NCBI GenBank assembly: GCA_964016885.1
Contig: OZ024740.1
Coordinates: 8,928,001 to 8,992,000, forward strand
DNA from: Eledone cirrhosa
Lineage: Eukaryota
Direction of reading: 5' to 3'
Length of the DNA: 64,000 nucleotides
Part shown: positions 42,456-52,476 of the stretch, piece by piece
Layout: each line of letters starts with the position of its first letter
How positions within the stretch are numbered: the first letter of the stretch is position 1
Translations under genes and position numbers: made by a program
The notes under the pieces: generated by a model
What the model was told of the DNA's origin: nothing
What the model saw: the letters and a program-made list of their open reading frames with translations, nothing else
The model's database searches: none

Positions 42456-45400
42456 TTAACTTGGATATTTACCATGCGACTCTCAGTTCCTACCTTACAA
42501 TTTCCCTCCCCCCCACCCCCACACACCACCATAGTTTATTCGACCAATCAAACCTAGCATGCCATTTCCACTGCTGCTGCTACTACCTGCCTAACTAACT
42601 CTCTCCTCCTCTGGCGCATCCCAACACACCCTGCCATTACCCCACCAACACTGTTCTTCTAGCCCTCAATTTTCCCACCGTTATGGATGGATGAGCTGGG
42701 AATACACGAGCAACTCTGAATCAATAGATGAAATATGAATCTGCGAGCTACCAAGCACCCACGTGAAGCGCCAACCCAGAGACCCTCCCCTACGAGTGTC
42801 GACAAATGCCCAAAACTCCGAGTTGGTACCATCAATGTAGGCTCAATGAAAGGAAGAGCAGGAGAAATCGTAGAAATGCTAGAGCGAAAGGAAGTTGATG
42901 TATGCTGTGTGCAAGAGACTAGATGGAGAGGAGGGTCTGCTAGAGTCCTTGTAGGAAAAAGCCAGTGCTACAAATTTTTCTGGGTGGGAAATGACGATGG
43001 GATGGGTGGTGTAGGTATACTATTAGCTGACAAGTGGGTAGATAAAGTAATCTCAGTGTACAGGGTAAATGCAAGAATCATTAAACTCAGACTAGTCCTG
43101 AATAAGACAATTACCACAATAATATCAGCTTACGCACCCCAATCGGGGCTGCCAGACGAACTTAAGGATAGGTTTTACGAGTCCCTAATACACACTACTG
43201 CTCTAACAGACGACAAGTACTTCCTAATCATTGCAGGAGATTTTAACGGACACGTAGGTAAACACTGCGACGGCTTCAATAGAGTACATGGAGGCCATGG
43301 AGTTGGCACAAGGAATGAGGAAGGATTCAGATTCTAGAATTCTGCGACGCCAATGACATGTCGATATGTAACACAAACTTTAAAAAACCCGACAACCACC
43401 TGATCACCTATAGATCAGGGGAGCACTCTAGTCAGTTAGATTTTATCCTCATCAGAGGACGTGACAGATGGACGGTCGTAAACACAAAAGCCTTCCCTAG
43501 TGAGGAATGTACATCCCAACATAGCTTAGTTGTCAGCGACTTCACGGTCAGAACTAGACGAGCCCTGAAACAGAGGCCAACCTGGAGAAGAAAGATCTGG
43601 AAGCTGAAAGTCCCCTCAACCAGTAACAGATTTAAAGATATTTTACTCAACGCCTACGACAGTAAAGAAGAACAGATAGAGACATTTAACGTAGAAGAGA
43701 ACTGGGAGTTCCTAAAAAATAACTTACTAGAGGCGACGGATGAGGTTTGTGGCTGGAGTAAGACCTCAAGCAGGAGGAGAGTGACTTGGTGGTGGAACAA
43801 TAAGGTAGATGAAGCAGTCAAGGCCAAGAGACAGGCATGGAAAGAATGGAAGAACGGGGGGAGCAGGGTACATTACATAGAGACCAAGAGGGAAGCTAGG
43901 CGACAAGTATACTTAGCTAGGAGGGAAGCAGAGGATAGAAAATTCAAGCATGTTTTACAACGTGAGGACCAGAAACAGGAGGTATTCAAGATTGCGAAGC
44001 AGTGTGTCAGAGATAGTTGTGATGTCATTGGAGAGAAGTGTATCCGGAATGATAAAGGTGAGTTTGCCCTCACAAGTGCTGAGAAGAAAGATGCATGGAA
44101 GAGTCATTATGATAGATTACTAAATGAGGAGAATGCATGGGAAGAAGAGACCCTACCCCACGTAGACCCTATAGAGGGACCAGCAGTACAAGTCAGCGGC
44201 AGCGTAGTAAGTAAGGCAATCAGAGATATGAAGATAGGGAAGGCAACCGGTCCATCGGGTATAGCTGCCGAGATGCTGAAGGCATCTGGGTCTGTAGGTC
44301 ACACTATAACCACACGTATCGTTAACCAGGTAATACTAGAGGGGGCCATACCAAAAGATTGGTGCAGTAGCATCATTGTCAACTGCTACAAAGGTAAAGG
44401 CGATGCACTAGATAGAGGAAACTATAGAGGTATAAAGTTGATGGACCAGGTCATGAAAGTAACAGAAAGAGTTATAGCACAGCTGATTAGGGACCGGGTG
44501 AATATAGACGAGATGCAATTTGGGTTTGTAACAGGGAAAGGCACCACTGATGCCCTCTTCCTTGTGAGGCAATTACAGGAAAAGTACCTAGCTAAAAGTA
44601 AGCCACTCTACTTGGCATTTGTCGACCTTGAGAAAGCCTTTGACAAAGTTCCACGTGCAGTAATCTGGTGGGCTCTTAGAAAACTAGGAGTAGATGAATG
44701 GCTTGTGAAAGCGGTACAAGCCATGTATAGGGGAGCAGTCAGCAAAGTTAGGATTGGCAATGAGTATAGCGAGGAATTTAGCGTACAGGTTGGGGTCCAC
44801 CAGGGCTCTGTTCTTAGCCCTCTCCTGTTCATCATAGTCCTGCAGGCAATAACGGAGGAGTTTAAGACCGGATGCCCATGGGAACTCCTGTATGCTGATG
44901 ACCTCGCACTCATAGCTGAATCTATGGTAGAACTAGAGAATAAATTCCAAACCTGGAAGCAGGGACTAGAGAGAAAGGGCCTCAAAGTCAACATGACAAA
45001 GACTAAGGTCCTTGTAAGTAGACGAGAAAACAGAACCCAGATCCCCTCAGGGAAATGGCCTTGCTCAGTATGTAGGAAAGGTGTAGGTAGGAACTCCATT
45101 CTCTGCGCCAAATGCAAACAATGGGTACACAAGAGATGTAGCGGGATCTCAGGAAGCTTAATTAAGAATGTAGGATTCACATGCAGAAGCTGTGCTGAAA
45201 CAGCAAGCAAACAGCCACAGGAAACAAGTACCACCAATCTCTGGGAGGGCCCTGTAGAAACAGTAGACAGCTTCTGCTACCTAGGTGACCGAATTAGCAA
45301 CGGAGGTGGGTGCTCAGAAATTACAATAACTAGGGTAAGAACGGGATGGAAGAAGTTTAGGGAACTACTACCACTGCTAGCTGCAAAAGGCTTCTCCCTC

Positions 45401-46154
45401 AGAATGAAAGGCAGACTGTCTGATGCGTGTATCCGAACAGCGATGTTGCATGGTAGTGAGACCTGGGCGCTGAAGGTGGAAGACTTACGTAGATTAGAGA
45501 GAAACGAAGCCTGCATGCTCCGATGGATGTGTAACAGTAATATACATGAACGACAAAGCATAAAGGAATTGAGAGAGAGACTGAGAATAAGAGGAATCAA
45601 ATGCTGCGTGCAGGAGAGGCAGTTACGCTGGTATGGACATGTGATGCGTATGAAGGATGACAGCTGCATAAAAAGGTGCAGAGCACTAGAAGTTGATGGA
45701 AGCCGCGGAGTGGGGAGACCCAAGATGACTTGGGATGAGGTGATAAAAGCCGACCTTACCCAACTACACCTCTCAAAGTCAATGACACACGACCGTGACT
45801 TCTGGCGTCACGCAGTAATACAGGGTACCCGACCTCCCATGGGTACATGCTGAAGCATATAAACAATATGCCCCCCCCCCCCCCCCATCGCAAGGTGGCC
45901 GTGGAGGTGCCACGGCAAAAAAGCACCCAGCCCACACTGTAAAGTGGACGTGTAGGCGCCAAGAAAAAGCACCCAGCACTCACTGTAAATGAGGTTGGTG
46001 TTAGGAAGGGCATCCAGCTGTAGAAATCAAGCCAGATCAGTTCCTGTATGAGCAAAGCATGGTCAGCCGACCAGACACTGCCCACAACAGGACAACCCGT
46101 CTAACCCATGCTAGCGTGGAAGAACGGACGTAAAACGGTGATGATGATGATGAT
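42364..46154 (+). mobile_element. Near/full-length RTE-clade LINE family B, copy B1 (~3.8 kb, frameshifted)
   Basis: Contains 5' repeats and UTR, APE+RT coding region, 3'UTR and (GAT)n tail. ATTGGT is present at both junctions (42358-42363 and 46153-46158). Confidence 0.96.
42735..45853 (+). pseudogene. RTE APE-endonuclease/RT polyprotein split by a 1-bp deletion
   Basis: ORFs 42735-43337 and 43358-45853 together match the 1039-aa ORF of B2. B1 reads CAGATTCTAG at ~43328-43337 where B2 reads CAGACTTCTAG. Confidence 0.95.
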
Positions 46155-48688
46155 TGGTATGTCAGTTTCGATTGGTATGTTCATCCTCGATTTGTATGTC
46201 AGTTTCTATTGGTATATCAGTTTCGATTGGTATGTCAGTTTCGATTAGTATATCTGTTGCTATTGGTATGTCAGTTTCGATTGGTATATCAGTTTTGATT
46301 GGTATGTCAGTTTCTATTGGTATGTCAATTTTGATTAGTATATCAGATTCGACTGGTATATCACTTTCTATTGCTATATCAGCTTCTATTGGTATGTCAG
46401 TTTCAATTGGTATGTCAGTTTCTATTGTTATGTCAGTTTCTATTAGTATATCAGTTTCTATTGGTATGTCAGTCTCTATTGGTATATCAGTTTCGATTGG
46501 TATATCAGTTTTTATTGGTATGTCAGTCTCTATTGGTATATCAGTTTCGATTGGTATGTCAGTTTCGATTGGTATATCAGTTTCGAATGGTATTTCAATC
46601 TCGATTGGTATGTCAGTTTCGATTTGTATGTTAGTCCTCGATTGGTATGTCAGTTTCAATTAGTATATCAGTTTCTATTGGTATGTCAGTTTCGATTGGT
46701 ATGTCAGTTTCAATTGGTATATCAGTTTCAATTGGTATGTCAGTTTCAATTAGTATATCAGTTTTTATTGGTATGTCAGTTTCTATTGGTATATCAATTT
46801 CGATTGGCATATCAGTTTTGATTGGTATGTCAGTTTCTATTGGTATGTCAGTTTCGATTGGTATATCAGTTTCGATTGGTATATCAGTTTCTATTGCTAT
46901 ATCAGTTTCTATTGGTATGTGAGTTTCGATTATTATATCAGTTACTATTGGTATGTCAGTTTCGATTGTTATGTCAGTGTCTATTGGTATGTCAGTTTCG
47001 ATTGGTATGTCAGTTTCGATTAGCATATCAGTTTCTATTGGTATGTCAGTTTCTATTGGTATATCAGTTTCGATTGGTATATCAGTTTCTATTGGTATGT
47101 CATTGGTATATCTGTTTCGATTTGTATGTCAGTTTATATTAGTATATCAGTTTAGATTGATATATCAGTTTCGATTGGTATGTCAGTTTCTATTCGTATA
47201 TCAGTTTCTATTTGTATGTCCGTTTCGATTGGTATGTCAGTTTCTATAGGTATATCAGTTTCGATTGGTATGTTAGTTTCTATTGGTATGTCAGTTTTGA
47301 TTAGTATATCAGTATCTATTGGTATGTCAGTTTTGATTGGTATGTTCGTCCTCGAGTTGTATGTCAGTTTCGATTGGTATGTCAATTTCGATTGGTATGT
47401 CAGTTTCTATTGGTATGTCAGTTTAGATTAGTATATCAGTTTCTATTGGTATGTCAGTCTTTATTGGTATATCAATTTCGATTTGTATGTCAGTTTCGGT
47501 TGGTATATCAGTCTCGATTGATATGTCAGTTTCGATTGTTATATCAGTTTCGATTGGTATGTCAGTTTCTATTGGTATGTCATTTTCAATTAGTATATCA
47601 GTTTCTATTGGTATGTCAGTTTATATTGCTATATCAGTTTCTATTTGTATATCAGTTTTGATTGGTATGTCAGTTTCGATTGGTATGTCAATTTCGATTG
47701 GTATATCAGTTTCGTTTGGTATATCAGTTTCTATTGCTATATCAGTTTCTATTTGTATATCAGTTTCGATTGGTATGTCAGTTTCTATTGGTATATCAGT
47801 TGCGATTGGTATGTCACTTTCTATTGGTATGTCCGTTTCGATTATTATATCAGTTACTATTTGTATGTCAGTTTCGATTGGTATGTCAGATTCAATTTTT
47901 ATTTCAGTTTCGATTGGTATATCAGTTTCGATTGGTATATCAGTTTTCGTTTGGTATGTTAGTTTCTATTGGTATGTCAGTTTCGATTAGTATATCAGTT
48001 TCTATTGGTATGTCAGTTTCGATTGGTATGTTCGTCCTCGATTTGTATGTCAGTTTCTATTGGTATATCAGTTTCGATTGGTATGTCAGTTTCGATTGGT
48101 ATATCAGTTTCGATTGGTATATCAGTTTCTATTGGTATGTCATTGGTATATCAGTTTCGATTGGTATGTCAGTTTCTATTGGTATATCAGCTTCCATTGG
48201 TATGTCAGTTTCGATTGGTATATCAGTTTCGATTGGTATATCAGTTTCGATTGGTATGTTAGTTTCTATTGGTATGTCAGTTTCGATTAGTATATCAGTT
48301 TCTATTGGTATGTCAGTTTATATTGCTATATCAGTTTCTATTTGTATATCAGTTTTGATTGGTATGTCAGTTTCGATTGGTATGTCAATTTCGATTGGTA
48401 TATCAGTTTCGTTTGGTATATCAGTTTCTATTGCTATATCAGTTTCTATTTGTATATCAGTTTCGATTGGTATGTCAGTTTCTATTGGTATATCAGTTGC
48501 GATTGGAATGTCACTTTCTATTGGTATGTCCGTTTCGATTATTATATCAGTTACTATTTGTATGTCAGTTTCGATTGGTATGTCAGATTCAATTTTTATT
48601 TCAGTTTCGATTGGTATATCAGTTTTCGTTTGGTATGTTAGTTTCTATTGGTATGTCAGTTTCGATTAGTATATCAGTTTCTATTGGT
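46155..48688 (+). repeat. 18-bp tandem satellite, block 5 (spacer between B1 and B2)
   Basis: Same monomer. The first part matches the flank downstream of B2 and the last part matches the flank upstream of B1. Confidence 0.97.
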
Positions 48689-49058
48689 TATTATTGTTAA
48701 TTTTACTGATGTAGTAAAATTGGTTATTATTTACTGATGTAGTAAAATTGGTTATTATTGTTAATTTTACTGATGTAGTATTAACTTGGATATTTACCTT
48801 GCGACTCTCAGTTCCTACCTTACAATTTCCCTTCCCCCACCCCCACACACCACCATAGTCTATTCGACCAATCAAACCTAGCATGCCATTTCCACTGCTG
48901 CTGCTACTACCTGCCTAACTAACTCTCTCCTCCTCTGGTGCATCCCAACACACCCTGCCATTACCCCACCAACTCTGTTCTTCTAGCCCTCAATTTTCCC
49001 ACCGTTATGGATGGATGAGCTGGGAATACACGAGCAACTCTGAATCAATAGATGAAAT

Positions 49059-52000
49059 ATGAATCTGCGAGCTACCAAGCACCCACGTGAAGCGCCAACC
49101 CAGAGACCCTCCCCTACGAGTGTCGACAAATGCCCAAAACTCCGAGTTGGTACCATCAATGTAGGCTCAATGAAAGGAAGAGCAGGAGAAATCGTAGAAA
49201 TGCTAGAGCGAAAGGAAGTTGATGTATGCTGTGTGCAAGAGACTAGATGGAGAGGAGGGTCTGCTAGAGTCCTTGTAGGAAAAAGCCAGTGCTACAAATT
49301 TTTCTGGGTGGGAAATGACGATGGGATGGGTGGTGTAGGTATACTATTAGCTGACAAGTGGGTAGATAAAGTAATCTCAGTGTACAGGGTAAATGCAAGA
49401 ATCATTAAACTCAGACTAGTCCTGAATAAGACAATTACCACAATAATATCAGCTTACGCACCCCAATCGGGGCTGCCAGACGAACTTAAGGATAGGTTTT
49501 ACGAGTCCCTAATACACACTACTGCTCTAACAGACGACAAGGACTTCCTAATCATTGCAGGAGATTTTAACGGACACGTAGGTAAACACTGCGACGGCTT
49601 CAATAGAGTACATGGAGGCCATGGAGTTGGCACAAGGAATGAGGAAGGATTCAGACTTCTAGAATTCTGCGACGCCAATGACATGTCGATATGTAACACA
49701 AACTTTAAAAAACCCGACAACCACCTGATCACCTATAGATCAGGGGAGCACTCTAGTCAGTTAGATTTTATCCTCATCAGAGGACGTGACAGATGGACGG
49801 TCGTAAACACAAAAGCCTTCCCTAGTGAGGAATGTACATCCCAACATAGCTTAGTTGTCAGCGACTTCACGGTCAGAACTAGACGAGCCCTGAAACAGAG
49901 GCCAACCTGGAGAAGAAAGATCTGGAAGCTGAAAGTCCCCTCAACCAGTAACAGATTTAAAGATATTTTACTCAACGCCTACGACAGTAAAGAAGAACAG
50001 ATAGAGACATTTAACGTAGAAGAGAACTGGGAGTTCCTAAAAAATAACTTACTAGAGGCGACGGATGAGGTTTGTGGCTGGAGTAAGACCTCAAGCAGGA
50101 GGAGAGTGACTTGGTGGTGGAACAATAAGGTAGATGAAGCAGTCAAGGCCAAGAGACAGGCATGGAAAGAATGGAAGAACGGGGGGAGCAGGGTACATTA
50201 CATAGAGACCAAGAGGGAAGCTAGGCGACAAGTATACTTAGCTAGGAGGGAAGCAGAGGATAGAAAATTCAAGCATGTTTTACAACGTGAGGACCAGAAA
50301 CAGGAGGTATTCAAGATTGCGAGGCAGTGTGTCAGAGATAGTTGTGATGTCATTGGAGAGAAGTGTATCTGGAATGATAAAGGTGAGCTTGCCCTCACAA
50401 GTGCTGAGAAGAAAGATGCATGGAAGAGTCATTATGATAGATTACTAAATGAGGAGAATGCATGGGAAGAAGAGACCCTACCCCACGTAGACCCTATAGA
50501 GGGACCAGCAGTACAAGTCAGCGGCAGCGTAGTAAGTAAGGCAATCAGAGATATGAAGATAGGGAAGGCAACCGGTCCATCGGGTATAGCTGCCGAGATG
50601 CTGAAGGCATCTGGGTCTGTAGGTCACACTATAACCACACGTATCGTTAACCAGGTAATACTAGAGGGGGCCATACCAAAAGATTGGTGCAGTAGCATCA
50701 TTGTCAACTGCTACAAAGGTAAAGGCGATGCACTAGATAGAGGAAACTATAGAGGTATAAAGTTGATGGACCAGGTCATGAAAGTAACAGAAAGAGTTAT
50801 AGCACAGCTGATTAGGGCCCGGGTGAATATAGACGAGATGAAATTTGGGTTTGTACCAGGGAAAGGCACCACTGATGCCCTCTTCCTTGTGAGGCAATTA
50901 CAGGAAAAGTACCTAGCTAAAAGTAAGCCACTCTACTTGGCATTTGTCGACCTTGAGAAAGCCTTTGACAGAGTTCCACGTGCAGTAATCTGGTGGGCTC
51001 TTAGAAAACTAGGAGTAGATGAATGGCTTGTGAAAGCGGTACAAGCCATGTATAGGGGAGCAGTCAGCAAAGTTAGGATTGGCAATGAGTATAGCGAGGA
51101 ATTTAGCGTACAGGTTGGGGTCCACCAGGGCTCTGTTCTTAGCCCTCTCCTGTTCATCATAGTCCTGCAGGCAATAACGGAGGAGTTTAAGACCGGATGG
51201 CCATGGGAACTCCTGTATGCTGATGACCTCGCACTCATAGCTGAATCTATGGTAGAACTAGAGAATAAATTCCAAACCTGGAAGCAGGGACTAGAGAGAA
51301 AGGGCCTCAAAGTCAACATGACAAAGACTAAGGTCCTTGTAAGTAGACGAGAAAACAGAACCCAGATCCCCTCAGGGAAATGGCCTTGCTCAGTATGTAG
51401 GAAAGGTGTAGGTAGGAACTCCATTCTCTGCCCCAAATGCAAACAATGGGTACACAAGAGATGTAGCGGGATCTCAGGAAGCTTAATTAAGAATGTAGGA
51501 TTCACATACAGCAGCTGTGCTGAAACAGCAAGCAAACAGCCACAGGAAACAAGTACCACCAATCTCTGGGAGGGCCCTGTAGAAACAGTAGACAGCTTCT
51601 GCTACCTAGGTGACCGAATTAGCAACGGAGGTGGGTGCTCAGAAAGTACAATAACTAGGGTAAGAACGGGATGGAAGAAGTTTAGGGAACTACTACCACT
51701 GCTAGCTGCAAAAGGCTTCTCCCTCAGAATGAAAGGCAGACTGTATAATGCGTGTATCCGAACAGCGATGTTGCATGGTAGTGAGACCTGGGCGCTGAAG
51801 GTGGAAGACTTACGTAGATTAGAGAGAAACGAAGCCTGCATGCTCCGATGGATGTGTAACAGTAATATACATGAACGACAAAGCATAAAGGAATTGAGAG
51901 AGAGACTGAGCATAAGAGGAATCAAATACTGCGTGCAGGAGAGGCAGTTACGCTGGTATGGACATGTGATGCGTATGAAGGATGACAGCTGCATAAAAAG

Positions 52001-52178
52001 GTGCAGAGCACTAGAAGTTGATGGAAACCGCGGAGTGGGGAGACCCAAGATGACTTGGGATGAGGTGATAAAAGCCGACCTTACCCAACTACACCTCTCA
52101 AAGTCACTGACACACGACCGTGACTTCTGGCGTCACGCAGTAATACAGGGTACCCGACCTCCCATGGGTACATGCTGA
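49059..52178 (+). CDS. RTE-clade non-LTR retrotransposon single-ORF protein: APE (EEP) endonuclease + reverse transcriptase + inserted PHD-like finger, 1039 aa
   Basis: APE motifs: GTINV, VQET, SAYAP, GDFNGH, QLDFIL, SQH. RT motifs: NYRGIKL, FVDLEKAFD, GVHQGSVLSP, YADD (nt 51216-51227), YLG. The C-terminus is RTE-type (LRWYGHVMR...GRPKMTW) and there is no separate ORF1. Confidence 0.95.
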   Translation: MNLRATKHPREAPTQRPSPTSVDKCPKLRVGTINVGSMKGRAGEIVEMLERKEVDVCCVQETRWRGGSARVLVGKSQCYKFFWVGNDDGMGGVGILLADKWVDKVISVYRVNARIIKLRLVLNKTITTIISAYAPQSGLPDELKDRFYESLIHTTALTDDKDFLIIAGDFNGHVGKHCDGFNRVHGGHGVGTRNEEGFRLLEFCDANDMSICNTNFKKPDNHLITYRSGEHSSQLDFILIRGRDRWTVVNTKAFPSEECTSQHSLVVSDFTVRTRRALKQRPTWRRKIWKLKVPSTSNRFKDILLNAYDSKEEQIETFNVEENWEFLKNNLLEATDEVCGWSKTSSRRRVTWWWNNKVDEAVKAKRQAWKEWKNGGSRVHYIETKREARRQVYLARREAEDRKFKHVLQREDQKQEVFKIARQCVRDSCDVIGEKCIWNDKGELALTSAEKKDAWKSHYDRLLNEENAWEEETLPHVDPIEGPAVQVSGSVVSKAIRDMKIGKATGPSGIAAEMLKASGSVGHTITTRIVNQVILEGAIPKDWCSSIIVNCYKGKGDALDRGNYRGIKLMDQVMKVTERVIAQLIRARVNIDEMKFGFVPGKGTTDALFLVRQLQEKYLAKSKPLYLAFVDLEKAFDRVPRAVIWWALRKLGVDEWLVKAVQAMYRGAVSKVRIGNEYSEEFSVQVGVHQGSVLSPLLFIIVLQAITEEFKTGWPWELLYADDLALIAESMVELENKFQTWKQGLERKGLKVNMTKTKVLVSRRENRTQIPSGKWPCSVCRKGVGRNSILCPKCKQWVHKRCSGISGSLIKNVGFTYSSCAETASKQPQETSTTNLWEGPVETVDSFCYLGDRISNGGGCSESTITRVRTGWKKFRELLPLLAAKGFSLRMKGRLYNACIRTAMLHGSETWALKVEDLRRLERNEACMLRWMCNSNIHERQSIKELRERLSIRGIKYCVQERQLRWYGHVMRMKDDSCIKRCRALEVDGNRGVGRPKMTWDEVIKADLTQLHLSKSLTHDRDFWRHAVIQGTRPPMGTC
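51387..51518 (+). other. C4HC3 PHD-type zinc finger segment inside the RT region
   Basis: CSVC-x10-CPKC-x4-H-x2-C-x14-(C/Y)xxC. All eight ligands are intact in B1 (45062-45193). The segment is also present in A1 (4800-4931). Confidence 0.82.
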
Positions 52179-52476
52179 AGCATATAAACAATATGCCCCT
52201 CCCCCCCCATCGCAAGGTGGCCGTGGAGGTGCCACGGCAAAAAAGCACCCAGCCCACACTGTAAAGTGGACGTGTAGGCGCCAAGAAAAAGCACCCAGCA
52301 CTCACTGTAAATGAGGTTGGTGTTAGGAAGGGCATCCAGCTGTAGAAATCAAGCCAGATCAGTTCCTGTATGAGCAAGGCATGGTCAGCCGACCAGACAC
52401 TGCCCACAACAGGACAACCCGTCTAACCCATGCTAGCGTGGAAGAACGGACGTAAAACGGTGATGATGATGATGAT

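Larger units (their letters stand above)
48689..52476 (+). mobile_element. Near/full-length RTE-clade LINE family B, copy B2 (intact ORF)
   Basis: Same structure and junctions as B1. The TSD ATTGGT is at 48683-48688 and 52475-52480. Confidence 0.96.

Noticed and set aside
42456-42734. HDV-like ribozyme, promoter or ORF1 in the family B 5'UTR
   Set aside because: I could not identify a nested double pseudoknot or clear promoter motif by eye, and only a tiny uORF (ATGGATGGATGA) is visible. A covariance-model search would be needed.
42735-52178. Bacterial RT system (retron, DGR, group II intron or defence RT beside a repeat array)
   Set aside because: The N-terminal APE endonuclease, RTE-type C-terminus, (GAT)n tails, 5' truncations and TSDs identify non-LTR retrotransposons.
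4244-52407. Antisense ORFs over the LINEs (e.g. 44608-45237, 50933-51562, 5739-6047)
   Set aside because: These are shadow frames of the RT or UTR with no recognisable motifs.
48689-52476. B2 as an independent second insertion at the same target phase
   Set aside because: Both junctions and more than 1 kb of variant-matched flank on each side are shared with B1, so it is a segmental duplication.
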